DNA of 63,844 nt, counting the filler. It is 5 parts of 5 records of this genome, joined end to end, with 100 filler letters (N's around TTAATTAATTAA, not from the genome) between each part and the next. Parts side by side here need not be neighbours in the genome. Positions count along the whole stretch, not along the records: positions 1 to 9,040 come from DRR723986_17718; positions 9,141 to 17,072 come from DRR723986_17719; 3 more parts are not named here. One strand, written 5' to 3'. The notes under the pieces were generated by a model, which saw only the letters and a list, made by a program, of their open reading frames with translations, ran no database searches and was not told the origin of the DNA. Shown here in pieces: positions 1 to 9,342 of this stretch. Each line of letters starts with the position of its first letter. Position 1 is the first letter of the stretch. The position numbers were made by a program, and so were the translations under genes.

Positions 1-548
1 CCGCCAAGCAGCCAGGTCTGGATCGCTTCGCCGATGAACGGGATCGCGCCGAAGAGGCCGGTGATCACCGTGGCACCCCAGAATGACATCTGACCCCAGG
101 GCAGAACGTAACCCATGAAGGCCGTGCCCATCATCATCAGGTAGATCAGCATGCCGATGATCCACGTCACTTCGCGGGGCGCCTTGTAAGACCCGTAATA
201 GAGACCGCGGAAGATGTGCAGATAAACGGCGATGAAGAACAGCGACGCGCCGTTCATGTGGATGTAGCGGATCGCCCAACCACCGTTCACGTTGCGCATG
301 ATGTGCTCGACCGAGGCGAAGGCCAGATCGACATGCGGGGTGTAGTGCATCACCAGAATGATACCGGTGACGATCTGCATCACCAGGCAGAAAGCCAGAA
401 CGATGCCCCAGATCCACATCCAGTTGAGGTTCTTGGGGGTGGGGATCATCAAGGTGTCATAGATCAGGCTAACAACGGGCAGGCGGCGATGCAGCCACTT
501 TGCGGCGTTGGATTGCGGCTCGTAGTGGTCGTGGGGAATGCCGGACAT
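1..548 (-). CDS. petB: cytochrome b of the bc1 complex (3' part outside the window)
   Basis: Manual translation from ATG 548 gives [10 protein letters not shown]..., [13 protein letters not shown] and [28 protein letters not shown] (heme b His motifs); follows petA. Confidence 0.97.
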   Translation of the reverse strand, partial: MSGIPHDHYEPQSNAAKWLHRRLPVVSLIYDTLMIPTPKNLNWMWIWGIVLAFCLVMQIVTGIILVMHYTPHVDLAFASVEHIMRNVNGGWAIRYIHMNGASLFFIAVYLHIFRGLYYGSYKAPREVTWIIGMLIYLMMMGTAFMGYVLPWGQMSFWGATVITGLFGAIPFIGEAIQTWLLG

Positions 549-559
549 GTCTCGCTCCC

Positions 560-1138
560 TTAACCCAGAAGGATGGTGGTTTCGTCGACGAATTCGGCGA
601 CGGGGATGTGCAGGTTCTCGGGGGCGGGACCGCGGCGAATGCGGCCGGCGGTGTCGTAGTGCGACCCGTGACAGGGGCAGAACCAGCCGCCGAAGTCACC
701 GGCGCCGTCGCCAAGCGGAACGCAGCCAAGGTGGGTGCAGACGCCCTGCATCACCAACCATTCGCCGGTGTTCTCACCAGCGAAGTCGGCCATGGTCCGG
801 TTGATGTCGTCGGACGATGCGCTGTCACCCAGGTTCGGGTTGCGCGCATTGGTGTCGACGGTGATGTCAGCGTCTTCTGCGCGACCCTGTGCGATTTCTT
901 CTTCCGTGCGGCGACGGATGAAGACCGGCTTGCCCAGGAACAGGACGGTCAGCTGCGTACCGGGCGCAAGGTCGGCCACATCGACGCGCTTGGTCGAAGC
1001 GGCCTGAACGTCTGCGGACGGGTTCATCTGGTTGATCAGCGGCCAGACGGCAGCACCGGTCGCTACTGCACCCACGCCACCCGTGGCGTAGTACAGAAAG
1101 TCGCGGCGGGTGCTGGGATGATCTTCTGCGTGTGACAC
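560..1138 (-). CDS. petA: ubiquinol-cytochrome c reductase Rieske iron-sulfur subunit
   Basis: Tat motif TRRDFLY and Rieske boxes CTHLGC and CPCHGS; GTG start at 1138 chosen from the typical N-terminus. Confidence 0.97.
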   Translation of the reverse strand: MSHAEDHPSTRRDFLYYATGGVGAVATGAAVWPLINQMNPSADVQAASTKRVDVADLAPGTQLTVLFLGKPVFIRRRTEEEIAQGRAEDADITVDTNARNPNLGDSASSDDINRTMADFAGENTGEWLVMQGVCTHLGCVPLGDGAGDFGGWFCPCHGSHYDTAGRIRRGPAPENLHIPVAEFVDETTILLG

Positions 1139-1352
1139 CGAAAGCGTCTCCCTCATCAGCGGCCCATGTCCCCGGGCCAGAAATCCTAGCGAGGCCGCGG
1201 GCGTAGCGCAGCCATTGTCGCGCCTTCTACAAGCGCAAGGGGCGCGGCGTCCAGCGGACAAACGCGCGCATAGCGCCCGAATTGTCGCATATCTGCATCA
1301 AGAGCAAGGGGATGGGCCGTTCAAGGGGCGAAAAACCCGTCAGGCGTGTGGT

Positions 1353-1778
1353 TCAGGTCAAGCTGAGTCGCATGGATCGGTGGGGGATTCCCGCATCATC
1401 GAACTCTTGCCCGTGGGCAATAAAGCCAAGCCGTTCGTAGAACGGAACAGCGTGGGTCTGGGAATCGAGGATGACATGGGCGAACCCTGCATCGCGGGCA
1501 TGGTCCAGCACCGCCCGCATGATCTGCCGTCCCAGCCCGGTGCCCCGATGGGAAGGGATCACCGCCACGCGCTGTACCTTGGCGGTGTCGCCCTTGGGCA
1601 GCAATCGTGCGCATCCGGCTGGGTCGGTGTCCTCCCCGGCAAGGAAATGCGTGCAGCTATTGTCCAGCCCGTCCCATTCCTCTGCCTCTGTTACGCCCTG
1701 CTCGCCCATGAACACCGCCTCGCGCACCGCGAAGCAGGCGGCGCGGTCTTCCGGGCTTGTGGCGATGGTGATCTTCAT
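1353..1778 (-). CDS. GNAT family N-acetyltransferase (ElaA/YjcF-like)
   Basis: Motifs VREAVFMGEQ, RVAVIPSHRGTGLGR and FYERLGF; start overlaps the GST stop (TGATG). Confidence 0.9.
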   Translation of the reverse strand: MKITIATSPEDRAACFAVREAVFMGEQGVTEAEEWDGLDNSCTHFLAGEDTDPAGCARLLPKGDTAKVQRVAVIPSHRGTGLGRQIMRAVLDHARDAGFAHVILDSQTHAVPFYERLGFIAHGQEFDDAGIPHRSMRLSLT

Positions 1779-2380
1779 CACTGGGGAATCGTGGCACGCA
1801 TCGAGGGGCGTTCGGCAAAGCGGGCCTCCCAGGCGGCCAGCGCGTCGCGGCCTTTGCGCCATTCTTTGTCAGGATGCCGGAAATCGAGATAGCCAAGCGC
1901 GCAGCCAATGGCGATCTGGCCCATGTCGAGCGGTCCGTGCAGGTGGCTCATCCAGCGTGTATCAAGCGCATCCAGTGCCCGCGCGATCTTCCCCCACTGC
2001 GCATCGAGCCAAGGCTGATAGCGCATATCCTCGGGCCGCACGCGGGCCTCGTAAACCATAAGGACGGCGGCATCCATGATCCCGTCCCCTGTTGCTTCCA
2101 GCGTCAGCGTGTCCCAAAGCTGATGTTCGGGATAAAGCCCGGCCTTGGCGCGTTCATCAAGGAAGCGGCAAATCACCCGACTGTCATAGATCGTCGGACC
2201 ATCGTCGCGGATCAGCGCCGGGATCTTGCCCACGGGATTCGCGGCAGCCACTTCAGGCGCGGTCGCAACGGGTGTCGTGGCAACATCCTGGAGGGCCACA
2301 TCATCCTGCCCGGTTTCCAGAAGCAGAACCCGCACTTTGCGGACAAAGGGCGAAGCAGACGCAGAGAGAAGCGTGATCAT
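1778..2380 (-). CDS. glutathione S-transferase family protein
   Basis: Motifs SPFVRKVR, NPVGKIPAL and YDSRVICRFLD. Confidence 0.93.
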   Translation of the reverse strand: MITLLSASASPFVRKVRVLLLETGQDDVALQDVATTPVATAPEVAAANPVGKIPALIRDDGPTIYDSRVICRFLDERAKAGLYPEHQLWDTLTLEATGDGIMDAAVLMVYEARVRPEDMRYQPWLDAQWGKIARALDALDTRWMSHLHGPLDMGQIAIGCALGYLDFRHPDKEWRKGRDALAAWEARFAERPSMRATIPQ

Positions 2381-2658
2381 GACAGGCGTTTCACTTTCAG
2401 ACGGGTCAGGGCGGTGGCGTCGATTTCGACCCCGCGGCCAGTGGAATTCAAACGGAAGATGCGCCGCCACCGAAACGTGGCATTGGCCTGCCCGTCAGCG
2501 GTGCGCAGCGTGGCACCTTCGGGCGTGGCGTCCAGGATGTCCTCCAACGGCTGGTCGAGCCGCCCGTGGGACGTGGCCCGCGCCAAGGCGTAGCCAGCAA
2601 GCGCTATGGTGCCGTATTTCAACGCGATCCCTGCAAGGGGGGGAAGGGCTATGGGCAT
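2377..2658 (-). CDS. small hypothetical protein
   Basis: ATG 2658 preceded by AGGAGG; ATGA overlap with the GST start. Confidence 0.75.
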   Translation of the reverse strand: MPIALPPLAGIALKYGTIALAGYALARATSHGRLDQPLEDILDATPEGATLRTADGQANATFRWRRIFRLNSTGRGVEIDATALTRLKVKRLS

Positions 2659-2704
2659 AAATGGTCCTCCTGTTTCAATAGGTAGGGTCGCGGGGGCGTT
2701 CTGT

Positions 2705-3331
2705 CTATTCCCCGTCATCCACACCCATCATCAGCGCAGCCAAAAGGGCGGTTTCCTGCCCGACCGGCGCGCCTTTGAGGTGGCTTGCCGCCGACATGCG
2801 GGCCGGGGCGGGCTTGTTTTGCGCCAGCTTCCAGGTGCCGTCGACATGGGCCACCTCAAAGCGGAACGGCCGGATCATGCGCATCAGCCGCGCCTGAACG
2901 TCCTTGGGCGTCTTGTCCAGCAGCCATGGCTTTTTCGGCAGAAGCCGGGTTTCGAACATCTCGGTCAGTGTTTCGAGCGAGGCCCTTAGCGCTCCGTCCG
3001 GCAGCGGATGCAACACGCCGCGCAGGTGAACGGCGACGTAGTTCCATGTCGGCACCTGTGCAGGGTCGCCGTACCAGTCGGGCGAGATATAGCCATCGGG
3101 GCCGGTGACGGCGATCACGGCAGGCAAGGGGCCTGTTGCGGCACGGGAAATGGGATTTGAGCGAACAAGATGAATATCGGCGCTGCTGCCGTCATCAGAC
3201 AAGGCAAACGGGATATGAGAGATCAGCGGCGCGGGGTCACCATTGACTGACAGGACGCCAAACCCCCGGTCGCGGGCGAAGCCAATATTGCGGTCGCGGC
3301 CTTCCTGTCTAAAGGCGGGGTTCGGGTGCAT
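2705..3331 (-). CDS. FMN-binding PaiB-like 'negative transcriptional regulator' family protein
   Basis: Motifs MHPNPAFR, YISPDWY, VPTWNYVAVHLRG and WKLAQNK. Confidence 0.9.
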   Translation of the reverse strand: MHPNPAFRQEGRDRNIGFARDRGFGVLSVNGDPAPLISHIPFALSDDGSSADIHLVRSNPISRAATGPLPAVIAVTGPDGYISPDWYGDPAQVPTWNYVAVHLRGVLHPLPDGALRASLETLTEMFETRLLPKKPWLLDKTPKDVQARLMRMIRPFRFEVAHVDGTWKLAQNKPAPARMSAASHLKGAPVGQETALLAALMMGVDDGE

Positions 3332-3401
3332 GGGGCGGTCTCCTGCGGTGATCTGTCGTTTCCGCAGCTTGCGCAGCTTCGCGGGGTTTGCAACAGTTGC
3401 C

Positions 3402-3550
3402 ATGTTCTCAGGGCGGGGTGCAATTCCCCACCGGCGGTATGCGGGGCTTTGACCCCGTGAGCCCGCGAGCGCTCTCGTTTTGGCGGGGGGTCCAGCAGAT
3501 CCGGTGAGAGGCCGGGGCCGACGGTGATAGTCCGGATGAAAGAGAACGAG
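3402..3550 (+). ncRNA. FMN riboswitch (RFN element)
   Basis: Conserved RFN segments TCAGGGCGGGGTGCAATTCCCCACCGGCGGT, AGCCCGCGAGC, AGCAGATCCGGTGAGA.GCCGG.GCCGACGGT and AGTCCGGATGAAAGAGAA, upstream of ribH. Confidence 0.96.
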
Positions 3551-3629
3551 CAGGTGGCGCCCGGTTCGGGCGCGATCCTGCCCGTGATCGCCTTGGGTGA
3601 CGTGTCGCTTATTGAAAGGAGATCACAAG

Positions 3630-4076
3630 ATGACACACACCCGATATGCGTTCGTGAAAGCCAACTGGCATTCAGAGATCGTGGATCAGGCCCTTGCGGG
3701 CTTTACCGAAGCCATTCCCGCCGATCAGGTCGATGTGTACGACGTGCCCGGCGCGTTCGAGATGCCGCTTCTGGCGCGTGACCTGGCAGCCTCTGGCCGC
3801 TACGGCGCGGTGGCCTGCGCCGCGCTGGTCGTCGATGGCGGGATCTACCGGCATGACTTCGTCGCGCAGGCTGTTGTGGATGGTCTGATGCGGGCCGGGA
3901 TGGACACCGGGGTGCCGGTGCTGTCGGTGTCGCTGACCCCGCACCACTTCCAGGAGACTGAGCATCACATCGGCATCTACAAGGCGCATTTCGTGCAAAA
4001 GGGCCGCGAAGCCGCCCAAGCCGCGCTTGGCATCCTGCGCACCCGCGCGGCGCTTTTGGCCGACAAAGCTGCCTGA
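3630..4076 (+). CDS. ribH: 6,7-dimethyl-8-ribityllumazine synthase (type II/RibH2-like)
   Basis: Motifs ANWHSEIV, VPGAFEMPL and VVDGGIYRHDFVA; AAGGAG RBS; downstream of the FMN riboswitch. Confidence 0.93.
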   Translation: MTHTRYAFVKANWHSEIVDQALAGFTEAIPADQVDVYDVPGAFEMPLLARDLAASGRYGAVACAALVVDGGIYRHDFVAQAVVDGLMRAGMDTGVPVLSVSLTPHHFQETEHHIGIYKAHFVQKGREAAQAALGILRTRAALLADKAA

Positions 4077-4082
4077 TACCAC

Positions 4083-4117
4083 GGGGGGATCGCGGGCCGC
4101 CGGGCCGCGATCCTCCC
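4083..4117 (+). terminator. GC-rich hairpin after ribH (possible terminator or stabiliser)
   Basis: GGGGGATCGCGG...CCGCGATCCTCCC stem; no clear U tract. Confidence 0.4.
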
Positions 4118-4175
4118 TTGTGGACCCGGAGGGAAAAGCTCAAGGTGGCAGCGACCCCTCCCGCGAGTCCTCCAA

Positions 4176-5081
4176 ATGCTGAACGGCATCGCCCTGCGCC
4201 TGCTCTCGGTCGGCTTCTTTGCCGCCATGTCTGCCACCGTGCACGGGTTGTCGCATAGCGTGCCCGTTGGACAGATCGTGTTCTGGCGCAGCTTTGTCGC
4301 GATCATACCCATCGTGATCTACATGGCGTGGATTGGCCGTTTCCCGAACGGATTTCTGACCAAGCGTCCCGGCGGGCATTTCATGCGGGGTCTGTTCGGC
4401 GGCATATCCATGGTGCTGTCGTTTATCTCCTTGGCTTATCTGCCGGTGGCAAATGCCACTGCGCTGGCCTTCCTTGGGCCGCTCGTGTCGCTGCCTTTCG
4501 CCGCCATCCTTCTGGGCGAGGTTCTGACCCGCCGCATTGTCTGGGCCGCGCTGATCGGTTTCGGAGGCGTGGTGCTGATGCTGGCCAGCAATCTGGTGCG
4601 TCCCGACGCGAACCCCGAGCAGCTGATCGGGATCGCGGCGGGCCTTGGCTTTGCCGCCACCATGGGGCTGGTGCGGGTGCAGATCCGCAACCTGACGAAA
4701 ACCGAAAGCGCCGTGACCATCGCCTTCTGGTTCTCGGTCACCTGCTCCGGCATCGGGCTGCTCAGCCTGCCGCTTGGATGGGTGCCGATGGTGGGCGAGG
4801 TTCTGTGGTTTCTGATCTTCGCGGGCCTGCTTGGCGGCGTGGCGCAGATCCTGGCGACCGAGGCTGCCGCCCGCGTTCCCGTTTCGCAGCTGGCACCGTT
4901 CGATTATACCGGCATGATCTGGGCGCTTGGGTTTGACGTGATCCTGTTCGCCCATTTCCCCGACTGGATAAGCTTCATCGGCATGGGGGCAATCGTTGCG
5001 GCCGGGATCATCACCGTGATCACCCCCAAGGCCGACCGCCCCGCCGCCGCGCCGCCCGCGCCAAGGCAGCCGTGGCACTAA
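4176..5081 (+). CDS. DMT/EamA family transporter
   Basis: About 10 hydrophobic segments in two EamA-like halves (QIVFWRS, LAPFDY). Confidence 0.9.
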   Translation: MLNGIALRLLSVGFFAAMSATVHGLSHSVPVGQIVFWRSFVAIIPIVIYMAWIGRFPNGFLTKRPGGHFMRGLFGGISMVLSFISLAYLPVANATALAFLGPLVSLPFAAILLGEVLTRRIVWAALIGFGGVVLMLASNLVRPDANPEQLIGIAAGLGFAATMGLVRVQIRNLTKTESAVTIAFWFSVTCSGIGLLSLPLGWVPMVGEVLWFLIFAGLLGGVAQILATEAAARVPVSQLAPFDYTGMIWALGFDVILFAHFPDWISFIGMGAIVAAGIITVITPKADRPAAAPPAPRQPWH

Positions 5082-5088
5082 GCCGACA

Positions 5089-6222
5089 TCACCTGTCCGC
5101 AGAGACCAGCCAATAGACCAGACAAAGCACAAGGGCTGCGGCAACGCCTCCGTGCAGAAGCTCTGCCGAGGCGATTGTCAGCAGGAACCCGGTGGCCACC
5201 GGGCCGAGCGCTGCCCCGAAATCTCGCCAGGCCTGCATGCGGGCAAGGGGGCCGATCACGTCTTCATCCGCCGCCAGGGTCTGTGTGATGACCGCAGGTC
5301 CGAGCGAGGCCAGCGCCCCGCGGAAGATCAACATGACGAGGGCCCCAGAAACGGTTGCGCCGACTGCAACCAGGATGAAGCCGGAAGTTGTCAAAAAAGA
5401 TGCCGCCACGAATACCTTCCTTGCGCCAACGCGGTCAGAAATCCAGCCGAAGAGGGGCGCGGCGATGGCCTCTCCGAAATGCCTCATCGCCAACAGGGCG
5501 CTGCCGCTTAACACCGCTTCGGACAGCGGGGCGTTCCTGGCAAATATCAGCGTGATCGAAACGGCGAAGACGCCGTCCACGCCGAAGCCTTGCAGGAAAT
5601 AGACAAGGTCAATGGGCTTGGGCCTTGCCAGGGAAGGCGGTCTGCTACGCCGTGTTGCACCGGCCTGGCCTTTGGGAAGGTTGAATGCGATGAACAGCGA
5701 AAGCGCGGTTGGAATCGCCAAAAGGGCGAAGGTCGCGTTGGGGCCAACTTTTCCAACCAGCCACGCGCCGCCGAACAGAGCCAGAATCGGGCCGAGGCGT
5801 TGAATGGCTTGACCCACGCCCACGCGGGTGCCGATCTGGCTGCGGTACTCCACTGCGTAGGACAGTGTAGCGAGGACCAGAACCGCGTATGTCAGCCCCC
5901 AGAGGACACGGGCAAACAGTATTACGGCCGGGCCCTGCCCAAACCCGTATAGCGCGGTTGATCCTGTCGCAGTAACAGCAGCCAGCATGCACATGCGCCG
6001 AACGCCGACAGACTGGGTCAGCTGTGCCAGAAGCCCATAGGCAAAGACCCTGACGAAACGGTTTGCGGACAACATGACCCCAACCCACGGCAAGGTGAGT
6101 CCAAAGTCATCCGCATACGCAGGCAACACCGCGTAAAGCAGCGCATCGCCAAGCAGCGCGAGCGACATGATGGAAGACGACCCGATGATCGCGCGCCAAC
6201 CGTTGTCTGCCTGAAACGTCAT
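5089..6222 (-). CDS. MFS transporter
   Basis: About 12 TM segments; MFS motif A-like GWISDRVGARK. Confidence 0.88.
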   Translation of the reverse strand: MTFQADNGWRAIIGSSSIMSLALLGDALLYAVLPAYADDFGLTLPWVGVMLSANRFVRVFAYGLLAQLTQSVGVRRMCMLAAVTATGSTALYGFGQGPAVILFARVLWGLTYAVLVLATLSYAVEYRSQIGTRVGVGQAIQRLGPILALFGGAWLVGKVGPNATFALLAIPTALSLFIAFNLPKGQAGATRRSRPPSLARPKPIDLVYFLQGFGVDGVFAVSITLIFARNAPLSEAVLSGSALLAMRHFGEAIAAPLFGWISDRVGARKVFVAASFLTTSGFILVAVGATVSGALVMLIFRGALASLGPAVITQTLAADEDVIGPLARMQAWRDFGAALGPVATGFLLTIASAELLHGGVAAALVLCLVYWLVSADR

Positions 6223-6370
6223 TCCGGCCACCTGTTTGAACTGCCTGCCGCTCGGTCCTGAATCCCTGCCGGTTCGTCCGGTCAGCCAGCCGTGCACAGA
6301 ACGGGCAGGAAAGTCCACCAGCCACATGCACCGCCGAGAGGTCTGACAGCGATGCAACCGGCCTGTCAGA

Positions 6371-7309
6371 TCACCCCGGTTCGCGCCGCAGGGATTGCGC
6401 CATGCAGTGAATGCCGCCGCCCATCATCGTGAACATGTCCATTTCCGGGTCATAGACGGTAAAGCCATTGGCGCGCAGCTTGGCGATCAGGTCTGTGCTG
6501 GCCAAAGGTGCCAGAACGCGGTCATTGCCAAGGGACATCACGTTGCAGCCAAGGGCCATCGTGTCCCGGAATCCTACCGGGATGATCTCGACCTTGCGGG
6601 ATTTCAGCCAATCTGTGACGTGATCAGGCGTTGTTTCCAGACAGACGGCGGCGCATTTCGGGGCGATCATGCAGACCATCAGGTCAATATGCACGTAATA
6701 GGGGTCGATATAGGCATAGTGAACCTCCCACCCCTCTTTTTCGACCCATGCCCCGATCTGGCGGGCCGAGACCTCTTCGCAGCGCATGCCCGTGTAGCCG
6801 ATCAGCACCGCGCCCGGCTCGATGATGTGGAAATCGCCGCCTTCGAAATTTCCGGCGCTGACCATGTCGTAGATCGGGATACCGGCCCCGAGGTAAAAAC
6901 GCAGAGCAGCGGAATATTCCCCCCGCCTGCGCGGATTGGCCATCTGCGTGATCACCGCGCCCCAAGGCGTCATGAAGCTGGAATCACGGGCATAGACGCC
7001 GTATTTCAGATGCTCGTCGGCGGGCAGGGTGTGAACCGTGACACCGGCGCTTTCATAGGCATCGCACATCTCTCGGTATTGTCGAACCGCAACTTGATGG
7101 TCCCACTTGCGCCCTGTCCGCGCGGTTTCGCGGTAGATTGAGCTGAAGGCCGCATTGTCCATATGACCAAAGGTTTCAACCGGGCCGAGCAGGACGTCAT
7201 GCAACACGCCATACTCCGAATCGATCCCCCAGTTCGGCAGCTTGTCCGTGCCGCCTTGGGGATTGCGCGCCTGTAGTGGCGTGTGAACGGGGCTTTGATC
7301 ATCGGGCAT
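6371..7309 (-). CDS. amidinotransferase / DDAH / arginine deiminase superfamily protein
   Basis: Pentein catalytic motifs YARD, RRGE, FEGGD, HID and GGIHC. Confidence 0.9.
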   Translation of the reverse strand: MPDDQSPVHTPLQARNPQGGTDKLPNWGIDSEYGVLHDVLLGPVETFGHMDNAAFSSIYRETARTGRKWDHQVAVRQYREMCDAYESAGVTVHTLPADEHLKYGVYARDSSFMTPWGAVITQMANPRRRGEYSAALRFYLGAGIPIYDMVSAGNFEGGDFHIIEPGAVLIGYTGMRCEEVSARQIGAWVEKEGWEVHYAYIDPYYVHIDLMVCMIAPKCAAVCLETTPDHVTDWLKSRKVEIIPVGFRDTMALGCNVMSLGNDRVLAPLASTDLIAKLRANGFTVYDPEMDMFTMMGGGIHCMAQSLRREPG

Positions 7310-7369
7310 GGGAATCCTCCTTCAACTGGCTTTGAAAAATCCTAACAGGCAAGTGTTGCTTGTAAATAA

Positions 7370-7385
7370 TGAGAATTATTGCTCA
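7370..7385. promoter_or_regulatory. candidate LysR binding dyad between divergent genes
   Basis: TGAG-AATTATTG-CTCA interrupted palindrome in the AT-rich spacer. Confidence 0.45.
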
Positions 7386-7416
7386 GATAGATTAGGTGAG
7401 CTTGTTAAGGGGGCGC

Positions 7417-8307
7417 ATGAAGATCGGCGACAGATGGGTGTCCCTGAACGCCCTGCAAACCTTCGAGGTGACCGCACGGCATCAGCATATGGGCCGCGCG
7501 GCGGAAGAGTTGAAGGTGACCCAAAGTGCCGTGAGTCATCAGGTGCGTGCTCTGGAATCCTCGCTCGGGCTGACGCTTTTCGACCGGCGCGGGCGGCGGA
7601 TCGCGTTGAATTCGGCCGGACGGCGGCTATTGCAGTCCATCCAGTCCGGCTTTGACGAGATTGCCTCTGCCGCGCTGTCCCTGTCCACAGGGGCCTTTTC
7701 GGGCCAGCTTTCGGTGGCTGTTCCCGTATCGCTGATGGTGGAATGGCTAGCCCCGAAACTGTCGGCCTTCCTTGACCGGTTCCCGGACCTATCGCTACGG
7801 CTCAGCTATTCGGAACGGTCGATGACCACGCTACCCGCGGATCTGGACCTGGCAGTGTTCTATTCGGCCCAAAGCCTGTCAGGCAGCACCGTTACGCCAT
7901 TGATGCGCACGTCGATCTTTCCCGTTTGCGCGCCGGAACTGACAGGCGGGGCGGTTCCCCTGCATCCAGGCATCCTGACGCAATCGACCATCATTCACGA
8001 GGACGAAGGGGATATCTGGGCAAAGTGGTTCGCCAGCCGGGGGCTGGACCACCTGAGACCGATGCGGGAAATCCATGCCGGATCGCATCACGATGCCGTT
8101 GCTTTCGCCCGGAACGGGGTGGGGTTTGCGATGACCGATTGGCTTTTGGGTGGCCCGACGCTGCGCAAGGGCGGGCTGGTGCAGGCGTTTGGACCACATA
8201 AGCTGGCATATGGCGGCTATTACATCGCACTGCGCCCGAACCTGCCGATGACTGGTCCGGCCCAAACCCTGGCAGAGTTCCTGATCCGAGAAGCCTCTGA
8301 AGCGTGA
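7417..8307 (+). CDS. LysR family regulator (GcvA-like)
   Basis: HTH SLNALQTFEVTARH...AAEELKVTQSAVSHQVRALE; divergent from the amidinotransferase. Confidence 0.93.
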   Translation: MKIGDRWVSLNALQTFEVTARHQHMGRAAEELKVTQSAVSHQVRALESSLGLTLFDRRGRRIALNSAGRRLLQSIQSGFDEIASAALSLSTGAFSGQLSVAVPVSLMVEWLAPKLSAFLDRFPDLSLRLSYSERSMTTLPADLDLAVFYSAQSLSGSTVTPLMRTSIFPVCAPELTGGAVPLHPGILTQSTIIHEDEGDIWAKWFASRGLDHLRPMREIHAGSHHDAVAFARNGVGFAMTDWLLGGPTLRKGGLVQAFGPHKLAYGGYYIALRPNLPMTGPAQTLAEFLIREASEA

Positions 8308-8325
8308 CCCCGGTTCAGGTATCCG

Positions 8326-9040
8326 TCAGGCGCTAAGCTGCGCGTCTTGAACCCCGGTGATGACCACCTCGACAATTTGCCCCTCGGGCTGGGGATTGGC
8401 AAAAGCCACTTCGGTGAACTGCTCGGTCCGGCCCATGTGGGGGTTTTCCATAAGAATCCGATGCGTGCGCCCTACCTGCGCAACCAGATGCGCGGCTACC
8501 TGATGTTCCCCCGCCTCTCGCAGCCGCGCCGCGCGATCCTTGATCACCTTGCCATTCACCTGACTGGGAATGCGTGCCGCCGGGGTGCCGTTGCGTTTGG
8601 AGTACGGGAAGACATGCAGCCAGGTTAGGTCGCAGTCGGTCACCAGCTTCAGAGAGTTCTCGAAATGCGCCTCGGTCTCGGTCGGGAAACCCGCGATGAT
8701 GTCGGCACCGAAGGTCATGTCTGGGCGCAGGCGGCGCGCCTCTTCGCAGAACCGAATGGCATCGTCACGCAAGTGGCGGCGAGCCATCCGCTTGAGGATC
8801 AGGTCGTCGCCATGCTGAAGCGACAGATGCAGATGTGGCATCAGGCGCGGTTCCGTCGCGATAGCCTGCATCAGGTTCTCATCCACCTCGATGGAATCGA
8901 TCGAGGAAATGCGCAGCCGTGGCAGATCCGGCACCAGTTTCAGGATCCGCATCACCAGATCGCCGAGCTTCGGTTGCGCGGGCAAGTCAGCCCCCCAAGA
9001 GGTCAGGTCCACCCCGGTCAGAACCACCTCGTTATAGCCC
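8326..9040 (-). CDS. mtaB: tRNA methylthiotransferase MtaB, C-terminal part (5' truncated by contig end)
   Basis: Motifs VLTGVDL, RLRISSID, MPHLHLSLQHG, ADIIAGFPTETE and LHVFPYS. Confidence 0.9.
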
Positions 9041-9140
9041 NNNNNNNNNNNNNNNNNNNNNNNNNNNNNNNNNNNNNNNNNNNNTTAATTAATTAANNNN
9101 NNNNNNNNNNNNNNNNNNNNNNNNNNNNNNNNNNNNNNNN
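9041..9140. other. artificial contig spacer
   Basis: N-run plus TTAATTAATTAA (stops in all six frames) plus N-run. Confidence 0.99.
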
Positions 9141-9169
9141 CGACAGCTTCGCTGTCGGGGGTTTTTTAT
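9141..9169 (+). terminator. intrinsic terminator of an upstream gene that is missing from the contig
   Basis: CGACAGC-TTC-GCTGTCG stem, then GGGG and a T tract. Confidence 0.75.
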
Positions 9170-9342
9170 TGCCTGCAGGAAAGCGAGCAGATATGACCCT
9201 GTGATCAGGCGCACAGTTACGCTCGGTAAATAGCGTTAGCATTCCCTCAAGACTGGCAGAAAAAAAGACTAAAAAGCCAGCTTCAGAGACACTCATCAGT
9301 CATTCGATCATTGCCGTCAATAACAACAAACGGCGGGCAGGT

